Source: Promethearchaeota archaeon (GTDB taxonomy: Archaea; Asgardarchaeota; Lokiarchaeia; Sigyniarchaeales; SOKP01). From it: a stretch of DNA of 64,000 nt. The DNA lies in contig JAHPZI010000030.1 of the NCBI GenBank assembly GCA_019058295.1, forward strand, positions 64,001 to 128,000, in the 5' to 3' direction. Positions 50,731 to 60,643 of the stretch are shown one piece after another. The translations under genes and the position numbers were made by a program. Position 1 is the first letter of the stretch, and each line of letters opens with the position of its first letter. The notes beneath the pieces were generated by a model. It was not told the origin of the DNA. It worked only from the letters and a program-made list of their open reading frames with translations, and searched no databases.

Positions 50731-51375
50731 ATGAAAGAAAATAAAGAATTTTACGTTGAAATAGAATCTGAAATCTTTTCTTTAGTCAATTCAATAAATA
50801 ATTTATATTTTAAATACCAAGAAGGAACAATTAAAGACGAGTTTTTCCAAAAAGCCGTTAAAAACGCTATGAATGGTTTGTTAAAGATTGAGTCATACTT
50901 AAGAGAGAAAAATATTACCCTTTCAGATTTCATTGAAAAAATGAATTTCGTTAAAGAATATGATAATGCAATTAAAATATTTAAAGAGATCTCAAATCTA
51001 GATCCATCTAACGAATTTATTGAAAGTAATAATGGAATCATTTCCCAATCTACGGAAAAAATGAAGTCATACATTTTAGAACTGCCTGGAATTGCTTCAG
51101 AGATAACATCTTCATTTATAACGCTTATGGATGCGTTAAAACTAGAAGGACAAAGCCATCTTATAATAAAACTCATGAAAGAATTAAAAGCTAATATTAA
51201 GAAATTTGATTTTCCCGGATTGGAAGATATTCAACTTAAAATAAAAAAGATTTATAAAAAAGCCTCAAAAAATAAGACTAAACTCGTTAGTGACACTCAA
51301 TTCAGAGAAAAAATAGTAGATCGGCTGTATTCTGTTTTAAAAGAATTTCAGCAAAATCTAAATGTAAAAACTTAA
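50731..51375 (+). CDS. Vps28-like ESCRT-I subunit
   Basis: EIFSLVNSINNL..KY..G.I N-domain and IASEITSSFITLMDALKL C-domain, matching the Vps28 FITxMDxLxL motif; ATG at 50731 (track start 50719). Confidence 0.75.
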   Translation: MKENKEFYVEIESEIFSLVNSINNLYFKYQEGTIKDEFFQKAVKNAMNGLLKIESYLREKNITLSDFIEKMNFVKEYDNAIKIFKEISNLDPSNEFIESNNGIISQSTEKMKSYILELPGIASEITSSFITLMDALKLEGQSHLIIKLMKELKANIKKFDFPGLEDIQLKIKKIYKKASKNKTKLVSDTQFREKIVDRLYSVLKEFQQNLNVKT

Positions 51376-51476
51376 GTAAAATAATAAAATTAATATTTCT
51401 TCTATAATTTGAGAAGATATTAGTTTATCAATAATTTTTAGTACTATAATCATTATCATTATAGGTATGAATTAAA

Positions 51477-51746
51477 ATGCCACGACCTGGTTTGAGATCT
51501 CACTCGCAAGCACGAAAAAAAATAAGAACCCCCGGAAATCGGAATGTAGTGCATTATTGGAGAAGAAAACCTAAAAAGAGCCATTGTGCCATCTGTAAAA
51601 ATCCAATACCCTCTATCCCAAAACTAAGACCCTCAAAAATGAAAAAGACTGATAAAATCACAAGAAGACCCAATAGATTGGAAAGTGGAAGGTATTGTAG
51701 TAAATGTCTTCAAGATTTAATAAAACAAGCAGTTTGGAACCAATAA
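51477..51746 (+). CDS. rpl34e: 50S ribosomal protein eL34
   Basis: MPRPGLRS...RTPG.R...H...CAIC...RRPNR...CSKC. Confidence 0.95.
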   Translation: MPRPGLRSHSQARKKIRTPGNRNVVHYWRRKPKKSHCAICKNPIPSIPKLRPSKMKKTDKITRRPNRLESGRYCSKCLQDLIKQAVWNQ

Positions 51747-51795
51747 TAACTTTTTATTATAGAAAACAACTTTTCTGTTTCTACACCCTTTAAAA

Positions 51796-52326
51796 ATGAT
51801 CCTAACAATTTCTGGAAAGCACGGTTCTGGTAAATCGGTAATCGGTAAAAAAATTGCTTTAGCTCTTGATATTAAATATTATTCAACCGGTCAGGCATTT
51901 AGAGATTTAGCGAAAGAAATGAATATGTCTTTAGAAGAGTTTACCCAATATGTAGAAAACCATCCTGAGATCGATCAAGAATTGGATAAAAAAATCGTGG
52001 AAATCGCTAAAAAAAGGGACATCATAATTGATAGTCAATTAAGTGGCCACATCTTACAAAATATCGCAGACTTTAAAATCTTGCTTAAATGCCCTTTAGA
52101 AACTCGAGTTAAAAGAATGGCAGATAGAGATCAAACTTCTTATGATGAGAAATTAAAAGAAACTAAGGTTAGAGAGAAATCAGAACAAGAAAGATTTAAA
52201 ATACTATATGATATTGATTTAGAAGATAACAAAACTTATGATTTAATAATAGAAACAGAAAACTTGTCTATTGAGGAAGTTTTAAACAAAATTCTCTCTG
52301 TAATTAGCAGTATAAAATTAAAATAA
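51796..52326 (+). CDS. cmk: archaeal cytidylate kinase
   Basis: ITISG..GSGKS, G..FR..A, ID.ELD, RE.SE..RF..LY.ID; follows eL34. Confidence 0.92.
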   Translation: MILTISGKHGSGKSVIGKKIALALDIKYYSTGQAFRDLAKEMNMSLEEFTQYVENHPEIDQELDKKIVEIAKKRDIIIDSQLSGHILQNIADFKILLKCPLETRVKRMADRDQTSYDEKLKETKVREKSEQERFKILYDIDLEDNKTYDLIIETENLSIEEVLNKILSVISSIKLK

Positions 52327-52411
52327 ACTTCTTTTTAAAAAATGGTAAGAAAATTAAATCTTGTTTTCAGTTTAAGGGATAAAAAAATAAAAAAAAAAAT
52401 TAGTAATAATT

Positions 52412-55400
52412 TTAGGTTTTTCTTTTCAGTTTGGATAAGTCAATTATTTGCTTTTTAATTAATATGAAAACAACAACAGCACCAGCACCAATACATGCAA
52501 GAACAACTATAACTACGACTACAACAACTACACCAGTATCTTCTTCATCATCGTCATCATCATCACCAGCGGCAGGAGGAGCAGGACCACCTGGGAATAC
52601 ATCCTGACCATCCCAGCAGATAGGATAGAGATCTTGTCGATTTCCTTCTCCCGTAATATTGTATGGTATATTTCCGATTCCATCATCATTAGGATCACTC
52701 CCCGTGTAATTATCCCAGAAATTACCAATTTTATCTATAGGATCATACCAGTAATTTATTCCAACATCCATATCGTCCACAGCATGTATGGTATTATTAC
52801 GGAATTCATTCTTGTAGAAATAATTATTCTTGCAATTATCAGCTTCGGTATCATCGAGATATGCGCCAATAACAGTGTTATTTCCAATTGTGTTGCCAAT
52901 AATGTAATTATGATCGCAGTTATCATATAACCAAATGCCGTATTTTGAGTTGTTACAAGTATTTTCTGTAATATAATTCCAATAAGCATTGTCATCTAAC
53001 CAAATATTACATTCTATGTTATCTATCACAAGATTGTTATGAATTGTGTTGTTATAACTTCCAGAAAGAAACCCTTCGAGATATATCCCATAATAATTGT
53101 CAAATATAGTATTATCAGAAATATTGTTAAATTTACTAGTAGATATTCTTATTCCACGATAGGTGCCGCTATTAAATCCATATATAGTGTTTCCTGAAAT
53201 ATTATTATGATCGGCGATACTTGTTATATATATGCCAACGGTACCCTGATAAGGAGCGGGTGTATCTATGACGATATTATCTAAAATTATATTATACTTG
53301 CAAGCATCAATTTTAATTCCAGAACCGGCATTATCACTGACCGTATTATTCCAGATTCTATTATAGTAACCATCGCCTTGAATGAATATCCCGTCAGCAC
53401 CGTTACTATTGACAGTGTTATTCCAAATTCTATTATGGCAACACTCAGTATCTAGGAATATCCCTTCCACATCGTTATTTTGAACAGTGTTATTCCATAT
53501 GAGAGTATAATTACTCATCCAGAGATATATCCCCTCCCCTCCGTTATTTTGAACGGTGTTATTCTTTATGATACTTCTATGGCTATTATCAATATAAATT
53601 CCCTCAGAGTTACCCATTATTATATTACTAAAAATCTTATTATCATCAGCATTATCCAAAAGAATTCCAGATGAGGTATGATCATAAATTTCGTTTTTAT
53701 ATATAGTATTATTCCCGCAATCTGTCTCCAAGAAAATCCCTCTTGCTTGTGTCAAAGGTGCACCGGTCTCACGAATATCATTATTAAAAATGAAATTATC
53801 ATCACAATCGGTTATTAAGTAGATTCCATAATCATCGTTGTCATATATTGTATTATTTATAATTTCATTACCGACTGCGTTATCTTGTAGATAAATTCCA
53901 TAATCATTATTACCGTTTGCTGTATTATTTAAAATAAGGTTACGATTAGAGCCATCAATGCTTATTCCATAATTATTTGATTTTACCGTATTATAGGTAA
54001 CATTATTATAATTGCTACTAGTGGTTAAGATTATTCCATATTGTTGGTTTTCAGCTGTATTTTCAGTTATATTGTTTTCATTGCAATTATAATATAACCA
54101 TATACCTCTTTCTACATTTAAACTCACCGTATTGTTATAAATATTATTCTTATTACTAAATGTAATTAAATAAATTCCGGCAAGAGTGTTATATTTGGCT
54201 GTAACGTTCCTAATAGTTATATTTTCTGAATCGCATAACTCAATTCCAACTGAGCTTCTGGAAATGTTAAAATCTCTTATTTCTGAATCTTGACACGAAG
54301 CCAAAATAATTTGACCCGGCTTACCATCAGTCATGAAATCACTTTTTACTAAGCCATTTTGGTTTTTATAAAAATAAACAGGATTTCCATTGACGGTATT
54401 GTTTCTATAAATAGTAAATGTACTCACTTGAAATCCAAAAACGACTACACCACAATTAATCATCTCATTATCCGATAATGTTGGACTTATAACATTATGT
54501 AAATTTATCCCATATTGATTGATATCTTTTATCGAATTGCCTCTGACAATGACAAAATTCGCAGAATTTCTTATATGTATCCCATAAGTATTACTGTCTC
54601 TTATAGTGTTATTAATAACTTCAGTCCCTGAAGAGTCAATGTGAGTTACATAAATACCATTAAGAGAATTCTGATAAATTGTATTGTTCACAATTTGACA
54701 CTTAGAATCATCAATTTCAATCCCATTAGTTATATGACCAAAAATGGTATTATTTTCTACAATAGTATCATGTGATTGGGCTTGTATTGATATCCCATAA
54801 TTTTGAGCTTGTCCTGTTGGTGTTTCGCCTATGGTGTTATTAAGTATTGTAACATTATAACATTGGTTATTTAAGATAATACCTTTATCATCATTATCCT
54901 GTATAATATTATTTTCAATTGTACAATTTTCACATGAATTTATTAATGTAATTCCATTCATTTGATTATTTGAGCAAGTATTATTAAATATTGTCCCGTT
55001 GCTAACGTTCTCTAATCTGATACCTGCGTCCCATCCATTAGTACCTCCATTATATAATGTACAATTCTTAATAATAAAAGGAACAGTTGAATCTCGGATA
55101 AATATTCCACTACCAGACCCACCAGCATCAATGGTCACATTTTCAATAACATAGGGTTCTCCCCAATTACCTGAACCAGTACACCATCCAGCAGGTTCAG
55201 CTAATGCTTCAGCCCAAGTCAGAGCTCCAATGGTTCCCCCATTATCATCAATAGTAATATTACTCATTACCCAATCTCCTGAATCAATTGGAGGCTCTGA
55301 ATCAATTTCTTTAATTGATTGACCTTTTGCGTTATCATTGCTAATATTTTTCTCATCAGGTTCTTTTTGTGTGTTTAAAATGATGCTCCCGAAAGCAAAA

Positions 55401-55447
55401 ATAAGTATAACAATCCCAAATAGTATTAATTGGTTTTTATTTTTCAT
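52412..55447 (-). CDS. large cell-surface parallel beta-helix (NosD/CASH/PbH1) protein with C-terminal TM anchor
   Basis: signal peptide, CTGSG...PYVIEN, many N.I.NN....N..GI.L repeats, GNFWDNYTG.D...DGIG..PY, PAPP + poly-D linker, poly-V TM, KK tail. Confidence 0.88.
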   Translation of the reverse strand: MKNKNQLILFGIVILIFAFGSIILNTQKEPDEKNISNDNAKGQSIKEIDSEPPIDSGDWVMSNITIDDNGGTIGALTWAEALAEPAGWCTGSGNWGEPYVIENVTIDAGGSGSGIFIRDSTVPFIIKNCTLYNGGTNGWDAGIRLENVSNGTIFNNTCSNNQMNGITLINSCENCTIENNIIQDNDDKGIILNNQCYNVTILNNTIGETPTGQAQNYGISIQAQSHDTIVENNTIFGHITNGIEIDDSKCQIVNNTIYQNSLNGIYVTHIDSSGTEVINNTIRDSNTYGIHIRNSANFVIVRGNSIKDINQYGINLHNVISPTLSDNEMINCGVVVFGFQVSTFTIYRNNTVNGNPVYFYKNQNGLVKSDFMTDGKPGQIILASCQDSEIRDFNISRSSVGIELCDSENITIRNVTAKYNTLAGIYLITFSNKNNIYNNTVSLNVERGIWLYYNCNENNITENTAENQQYGIILTTSSNYNNVTYNTVKSNNYGISIDGSNRNLILNNTANGNNDYGIYLQDNAVGNEIINNTIYDNDDYGIYLITDCDDNFIFNNDIRETGAPLTQARGIFLETDCGNNTIYKNEIYDHTSSGILLDNADDNKIFSNIIMGNSEGIYIDNSHRSIIKNNTVQNNGGEGIYLWMSNYTLIWNNTVQNNDVEGIFLDTECCHNRIWNNTVNSNGADGIFIQGDGYYNRIWNNTVSDNAGSGIKIDACKYNIILDNIVIDTPAPYQGTVGIYITSIADHNNISGNTIYGFNSGTYRGIRISTSKFNNISDNTIFDNYYGIYLEGFLSGSYNNTIHNNLVIDNIECNIWLDDNAYWNYITENTCNNSKYGIWLYDNCDHNYIIGNTIGNNTVIGAYLDDTEADNCKNNYFYKNEFRNNTIHAVDDMDVGINYWYDPIDKIGNFWDNYTGSDPNDDGIGNIPYNITGEGNRQDLYPICWDGQDVFPGGPAPPAAGDDDDDDEEDTGVVVVVVVIVVLACIGAGAVVVFILIKKQIIDLSKLKRKT

Positions 55448-55697
55448 TTAAATTTCACTTAAAAAATTTTTTTTTTAAAAAATTGAATAGTAATAAATTA
55501 GATAAGTTACTATTAAAAGTTTTTACATGATTGTTAAGCAACTTAAAAATAATAAGGAAACACTGAGATAGTTTTGACAGTTAAAATCGTAAAAAATTTA
55601 TTATTAAAAATATTTCATATCTTACATAGCATTGTTTATCTTTACTGGAAATAAACCAGTATGGATAAATTTACTAAAAATGATTTGGTGACGAATT

Positions 55698-55976
55698 ATG
55701 AGTAATTCTGCTTACGATATAGGACGAATTGTTGTAAAAACTAAAGGTAGGGAAGCAGGAAAATACGCCGTAATTGTGGATGTTATAGATAAGAATTATT
55801 TGCTCATTGATGGGTTAAAAGTTCGAAGACGTCGTGTTAATTATAATCATGTTGAACCCACGACTGAAGTAATTGATCTTGAAAAAGGAGCAGATCACAC
55901 AGCGGTTGAGGCAGCTATTAAACAAGCTAAAAAGACAAAAAAAATGAATGAAACAATGTCAATCCCTATAAAATAA
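55698..55976 (+). CDS. rpl14e: 50S ribosomal protein eL14
   Basis: YDIGRIVVKTKGREAGKYAVIVDVID.NY.LIDG..VRRRRVN..HVEPT. Confidence 0.96.
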   Translation: MSNSAYDIGRIVVKTKGREAGKYAVIVDVIDKNYLLIDGLKVRRRRVNYNHVEPTTEVIDLEKGADHTAVEAAIKQAKKTKKMNETMSIPIK

Positions 55977-56037
55977 GTTAAATCTATAACTTATTATAAT
56001 TCTTTTAAAATTTTTTATTATTTTTCTTTATTTTTAT

Positions 56038-56173
56038 GCAACGGTTGCCTAGCCTGGTACGGCGCTGGCTTGGAGAGGATAAATAAAAAATTACCAAATA
56101 GCCAGTGTGCTCTGCACTCGGGGGTTCGAAGTTTCTATCCATTTCGCAAGAAACGAAATTCCCTCCCGTTGCG
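56038..56173 (+). tRNA. tRNA-Ser (GGA) with two BHB introns (56076-56099 at 37/38; 56131-56159 in the T-loop at 59/60)
   Basis: acceptor GCAACGG/CCGTTGC+G, anticodon stem CTGGC/GCCAG with GGA at 56072-74, long variable arm GTGC-TCT-GCAC; BHB central helices TTGG/CCAA and TTCG/CGAA with 3-nt bulges; mature length 83 nt. Confidence 0.92.
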
Positions 56174-56235
56174 CTTTCTAATTAACTCTTAAGACAATTT
56201 TAAAAAAAATAAAAATTTTGTATTGACCCAATTGG

Positions 56236-56841
56236 CTAAACATCAGGAAATTGCATAGCAGTAGACTTTTGTCCGCCAAACATTTGTTCCATCCCTCCTG
56301 AAGCTTGTGTTTGCAGTTTAAAAAGTCTTTGGAGCAATGTATTTATCCCTAATGAACAAATGAAATACCAACCTGTAAATATTAATGCCCTACTTTCTAA
56401 AGGATCTTTGCTTCCTGGATTTACCATAGCATTTTGAGTTACAAATCTTAAAAATCCATAAAGATCAGGGCTCATAGGTGTATAAGCAACTGCTGTTCGA
56501 CCATAAACATAAACATTTAGAATGATGAATATTATTATCATAGGTAAAAAGGTAATACAAGTGGGTTTTAATCTCTGCATTGACATACCCTGTTGCGTTT
56601 TCTTAAGCATCTCCTCCCGACGCTCCCATCTTTTACGCTGTTTTCGATATTTCTCAACATCGTTTTCCGCTAATTCAATAATTTTTTTCTTCTCTTCTTG
56701 GTGTGCTTTTATTTGCTTTTGCTTTCTCTGAAGTTCTTCAGTATCAACAAGTAATTTTGTTAAAAGAACACTTACTAAAGCAATAATAAATGATAAAAGC
56801 AATATGAATAACATTGAATCAGGAGGGCTTAATAACGACAT
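56236..56841 (-). CDS. DUF106 / EMC3-TMCO1-like Oxa1-superfamily membrane insertase
   Basis: TM1, coiled coil, QRLKPTCITFLPMIIIF, GWYFICS. Confidence 0.88.
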   Translation of the reverse strand: MSLLSPPDSMLFILLLSFIIALVSVLLTKLLVDTEELQRKQKQIKAHQEEKKKIIELAENDVEKYRKQRKRWERREEMLKKTQQGMSMQRLKPTCITFLPMIIIFIILNVYVYGRTAVAYTPMSPDLYGFLRFVTQNAMVNPGSKDPLESRALIFTGWYFICSLGINTLLQRLFKLQTQASGGMEQMFGGQKSTAMQFPDV

Positions 56842-57058
56842 GATAATAACCTTTAGAGATTTGAGTATATTAATGTTTTATATTTAATAATATTAACATT
56901 ATTTTAATATTTTATTGGGAGGGTTTTAAAATCTTGAAATAATAATTCCATAACTTACTCTTTGAAGAATTCATAATAGATAGCAATATATAATTTATAA
57001 TATTAAAAGGAGTGTACTTTTCTCGAATTAAAAAAAAATTAACAGAGTTTTTATAAAA

Positions 57059-58477
57059 ATGACTGAAGAAAAACCGTCAATAAAGACATCAAAAAGAGCT
57101 CTTTTTGGTCTAAGTGCTATTCCCGACCAATTAACATATCAAGCTTTTACAATTCTCGTATTTACTTTCTATTTTGCCGTAGTAGGAATACCGGTTCTAT
57201 TAGTAATGATTGCTTATATCGTCTGGGGGGTGTGGAATGCCGTAAATGACCCTATTTTGGGAGCTTTATCTGATAGAACCAAATATAAGAAACGGTTAGG
57301 CAGACGGAAATTCTTTTTAATTATTTCTATGATTCCTCTAAGTTTAATAATGATACTATTATTTTCAGTTCCAATAGGTAATGACTTAATAGAATTTATA
57401 TATTTCATTATAATAATATTAACTTTTGAGCTAGTTTATACGATGTGGAGTGTCAACGTGAACGCGATTTTCCCAGAAATGTTTCCTACTGAAGAGGAAA
57501 GGGCTAAAACCAATATATTTGTCAAGGGCTTTATTATAATTGCTGTAATCTGTGCTTCTCTTATTCCCACCATTATTATATCTCCTTTAATTCCGACTGA
57601 GGAAAATCCTTCCCAATCAACAATATTACATTTCCAACTAATGTATATCAATGCAGGATTAATTATGGCAGTTATAATATTTCTTACTGCGTTGATATTC
57701 ATAACTAAAGGTGTTCAAGAGAAGGAGCAGTTGACAGAAACACTTGAAAAACAACCTTCTTTTATAGACACTTTAAAATTTACTTTAAGAAATAAAACCT
57801 TTCTAAAATTTACATTGGCAAATATGTGCATCTGGTATTGCTTTACTACATTGCTTACTGCATTACCTCTATATTGTACATGGGTTCTTGGAATTAAAAA
57901 AGATGCTTTACTTATAGGGATCGCATTAATGTTAGCATTACTAATAGCTGCCTTTGTATTGCCTTTGCATATGAAGATCGGTCAAAAAATAGGCATGAGA
58001 AATGGGTTAATGCTTACATTAGGTTTATGGATTTGTTTATTATTTCCTCTTGTACTTTTATATGATGATCCGATCATAAGAATTATAGGAATTATTGTTA
58101 TTGCAATCCAAGGATTAGCATTAGGCGGAGCATTATTTTATGTGGATATTTTAATTGGTGATGTAATTGATTCTGATGAGGTAGAATTTGGAATTAAAAG
58201 ATCAGCTAGTTATTATGGTGTTAATGCTTTTATACACAGGTTTTCGCAAATATTTTCTATTATAACAATCGCCATAATTTTTCAAGGTACAGGTTGGTCT
58301 AGCTATAAACCTAATCCTGGCACAAATATTATTATCGGATTGAAATTGATTATGTTTTTATTTCCAGCTATTGCTCTCATAATTGGAATTCTTTTCTTGA
58401 GGCTTTTTGATCTCCATGGAGATAAATTAAAAGAAATGAGATCTAAATTAGAGCAAATACATTCAAAAAGGAAATAG
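57059..58477 (+). CDS. MFS transporter, GPH/MelB family
   Basis: WNAVNDPILGALSDRT...GRRK, PEMFP...ERA, GDVIDSDE...G.KR...YYG. Confidence 0.9.
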   Translation: MTEEKPSIKTSKRALFGLSAIPDQLTYQAFTILVFTFYFAVVGIPVLLVMIAYIVWGVWNAVNDPILGALSDRTKYKKRLGRRKFFLIISMIPLSLIMILLFSVPIGNDLIEFIYFIIIILTFELVYTMWSVNVNAIFPEMFPTEEERAKTNIFVKGFIIIAVICASLIPTIIISPLIPTEENPSQSTILHFQLMYINAGLIMAVIIFLTALIFITKGVQEKEQLTETLEKQPSFIDTLKFTLRNKTFLKFTLANMCIWYCFTTLLTALPLYCTWVLGIKKDALLIGIALMLALLIAAFVLPLHMKIGQKIGMRNGLMLTLGLWICLLFPLVLLYDDPIIRIIGIIVIAIQGLALGGALFYVDILIGDVIDSDEVEFGIKRSASYYGVNAFIHRFSQIFSIITIAIIFQGTGWSSYKPNPGTNIIIGLKLIMFLFPAIALIIGILFLRLFDLHGDKLKEMRSKLEQIHSKRK

Positions 58478-58503
58478 AAGATTCTGTTTAACGATAATAA
58501 TAT

Positions 58504-59973
58504 TCAATCTAATCCAAGAAATCCCCGCATGCTTGGATATTGCTGAGCAGCGATCTCCTTTGATATAGTCTCAGCATATTGATGTATGATGCCTATAGCG
58601 ATGAGGAGTCCAGTACCTGAAGTCAATGCACCTAAACTATCTGCCATAAAACTCAATAACGCTATGAGTATCCCATTAAGCACAATAAGAACGGGGATAT
58701 AACGGTCCAATATCTTTTCTATGATTTTCGCTGAACTGCGAAAGCCAGGAACCATCATTCCTGAGTCTAAAATTTGCTGTGCGATGTCACGGCTAGCGAG
58801 ACCGCTTACCTCGACCCAAATCTTCCCAAGATATATACATAGAATTATAAATATGAAAAGATAAATGACCGCCCGTAACGGATCGTCCACTAGTGCATCA
58901 ATCCCTAAAGGTGGTGAAAGATAATATATCAAACCTGATTTCGGTAGGAGATAGCCTCCTGTGCCCGCCCCTGTATCTTGGTATTCAAAAGTACCAAGTA
59001 AATCAAGCCAGAAGTCATTACCTTGACCGCGTAATCCGGACTGTGGTCCTGCTAACAATTGACCAAAAAACAGTAAATTGGCATATAAAGCGTTAACTAA
59101 AATAACTGGAATATTAGAAACATAGAGCAATTTCATTGGATATTTGCCTTTAAAACCTCGATAGCCTCGATACGCTAACGGAATCTCCACACGCGTGCCC
59201 TCAAACCACACAACAACAACAAATATAAACACCGTAGTAATAATTCCTAAAAGAGACGGTAACTGCCCTCGTATCCAGATATCATCTAAATTTGTCGTAG
59301 GATCGTCATCAAACAAAACGTAAAAAAATGCTATAATTATACCTCTTGGTATACGTCCTTCCCCTGGAGCTTCGATAAAACTAAAGGCATTCCAAAAGAT
59401 TTGACCAGCAACGCCTGCTGCGATAAATAAAGAAACACCGCTACCAAGCCCCCATCCTTTTTGAAGTAATTCATCTAGCAAAATAATAATGATCCCAGCA
59501 AATAATAATTGTAAAAAAATCAACACAATGCTTTCTACTCCAAGATCAGTTGGTCTACCAAAATGACCCCCAATAATATATGCTATTATATTAAACATGG
59601 TCAGAAAAATAGCCATAACTTTTTGTGTGCCACTAAACATTGCCCGATCGTATGGATCGTTCATATCAACGTCGATAATCTTAGATCCAAGTAGTAGCTG
59701 CATAATAAGTCCCGCTGTTACTATAGGACCAATTCCTAATTCAGTCAATGTTCCTCTTTTGCTTGCGAGTATTACTCTTAACCAATAAAAATAATCTGTT
59801 GAATTTTCAAGTTGAACACCATATAAAGGAATGTTTGACATTATAAGATATATAACCAAGACCAGGGCGGTCCAGATAAATTTTTCCTTGAATGACACTT
59901 CTCTCTGAGGATTCCTTATTTCTGGCATTACTTTGACGAATGGAGTAAAGAATCTTAAAAATGCTCCTGTCAT
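58504..59973 (-). CDS. secY: preprotein translocase SecY/Sec61alpha
   Basis: FKEKFIWT, GTLTELGIGPIVTAGLIMQLL, LDELLQKGWGLGSGVSLFIA, YPMKLLYVSNIP, SGTGLLI. Confidence 0.98.
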   Translation of the reverse strand: MTGAFLRFFTPFVKVMPEIRNPQREVSFKEKFIWTALVLVIYLIMSNIPLYGVQLENSTDYFYWLRVILASKRGTLTELGIGPIVTAGLIMQLLLGSKIIDVDMNDPYDRAMFSGTQKVMAIFLTMFNIIAYIIGGHFGRPTDLGVESIVLIFLQLLFAGIIIILLDELLQKGWGLGSGVSLFIAAGVAGQIFWNAFSFIEAPGEGRIPRGIIIAFFYVLFDDDPTTNLDDIWIRGQLPSLLGIITTVFIFVVVVWFEGTRVEIPLAYRGYRGFKGKYPMKLLYVSNIPVILVNALYANLLFFGQLLAGPQSGLRGQGNDFWLDLLGTFEYQDTGAGTGGYLLPKSGLIYYLSPPLGIDALVDDPLRAVIYLFIFIILCIYLGKIWVEVSGLASRDIAQQILDSGMMVPGFRSSAKIIEKILDRYIPVLIVLNGILIALLSFMADSLGALTSGTGLLIAIGIIHQYAETISKEIAAQQYPSMRGFLGLD

Positions 59974-60270
59974 TTTACGTCAGCTCTTTATTTCGGGTAG
60001 ATTAGGTTATAAATGCGATTTTAATATTAATCCAGATATAAAAATTAAAAGTGAATTAAAAAAAAACTTTTTGATCTAGGCAAATTTATTGCTGAAATCT
60101 TTTTGGAAAATAGAATGAAAGAGAAAAATATTATTCAGAATCCACTTTCTGGATTTTAATTATTCATAACAAATTGGATAAAATCCTAAATATAAAATAA
60201 ATAATATAGAGTTCTCATTTTTCTAGGAATATTAAAAAAAAATATTAAAAAAAAAATTAGTTATAATATT

Positions 60271-60570
60271 TTAGAAGAGAGAACCAATTCCAGTTGGCTC
60301 TGCTTCTGTTTCTTCCTCTTCCTTCTTTTTTTCTTTAGGAGCTTCTTTGGCGGCTTCAGCACCCCCACTAACAGATGTAGCCATTACTGGTGTTGCTGTT
60401 GCGGAAGCTATTATCTCATCAATTTTCTTTTGCTTTAAACCTGCAATTATTTTACTAATTTGAGATTTATCGGGTTCTACACCAGCAGCCGTCAGAACTT
60501 TTTCAATAGCCGCCTCTGTTATTTTTTTTGAAGCTGTATGAAGTAAGAGCGCCGCATATATACTTTCCAT
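60271..60570 (-). CDS. rpl12p: ribosomal stalk protein P1 (aL12)
   Basis: MESIYAALLLH, VLTAAGV, Ala/Glu hinge, GIGSLF C-terminus. Confidence 0.95.
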   Translation of the reverse strand: MESIYAALLLHTASKKITEAAIEKVLTAAGVEPDKSQISKIIAGLKQKKIDEIIASATATPVMATSVSGGAEAAKEAPKEKKKEEEETEAEPTGIGSLF

Positions 60571-60643
60571 ACTTCTTTACCTCTTTTTATTTTATTTTTT
60601 TCTATTGTTAGTTTTTTAATTTTAAATTTTTCATCTTAAATTC

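Noticed and set aside
56038-56173. tRNA-Pro(TGG) reading of the anticodon loop
   Set aside because: The stem register CTGGC/GCCAG puts GGA at 34-36, and the long variable arm and G discriminator indicate Ser.
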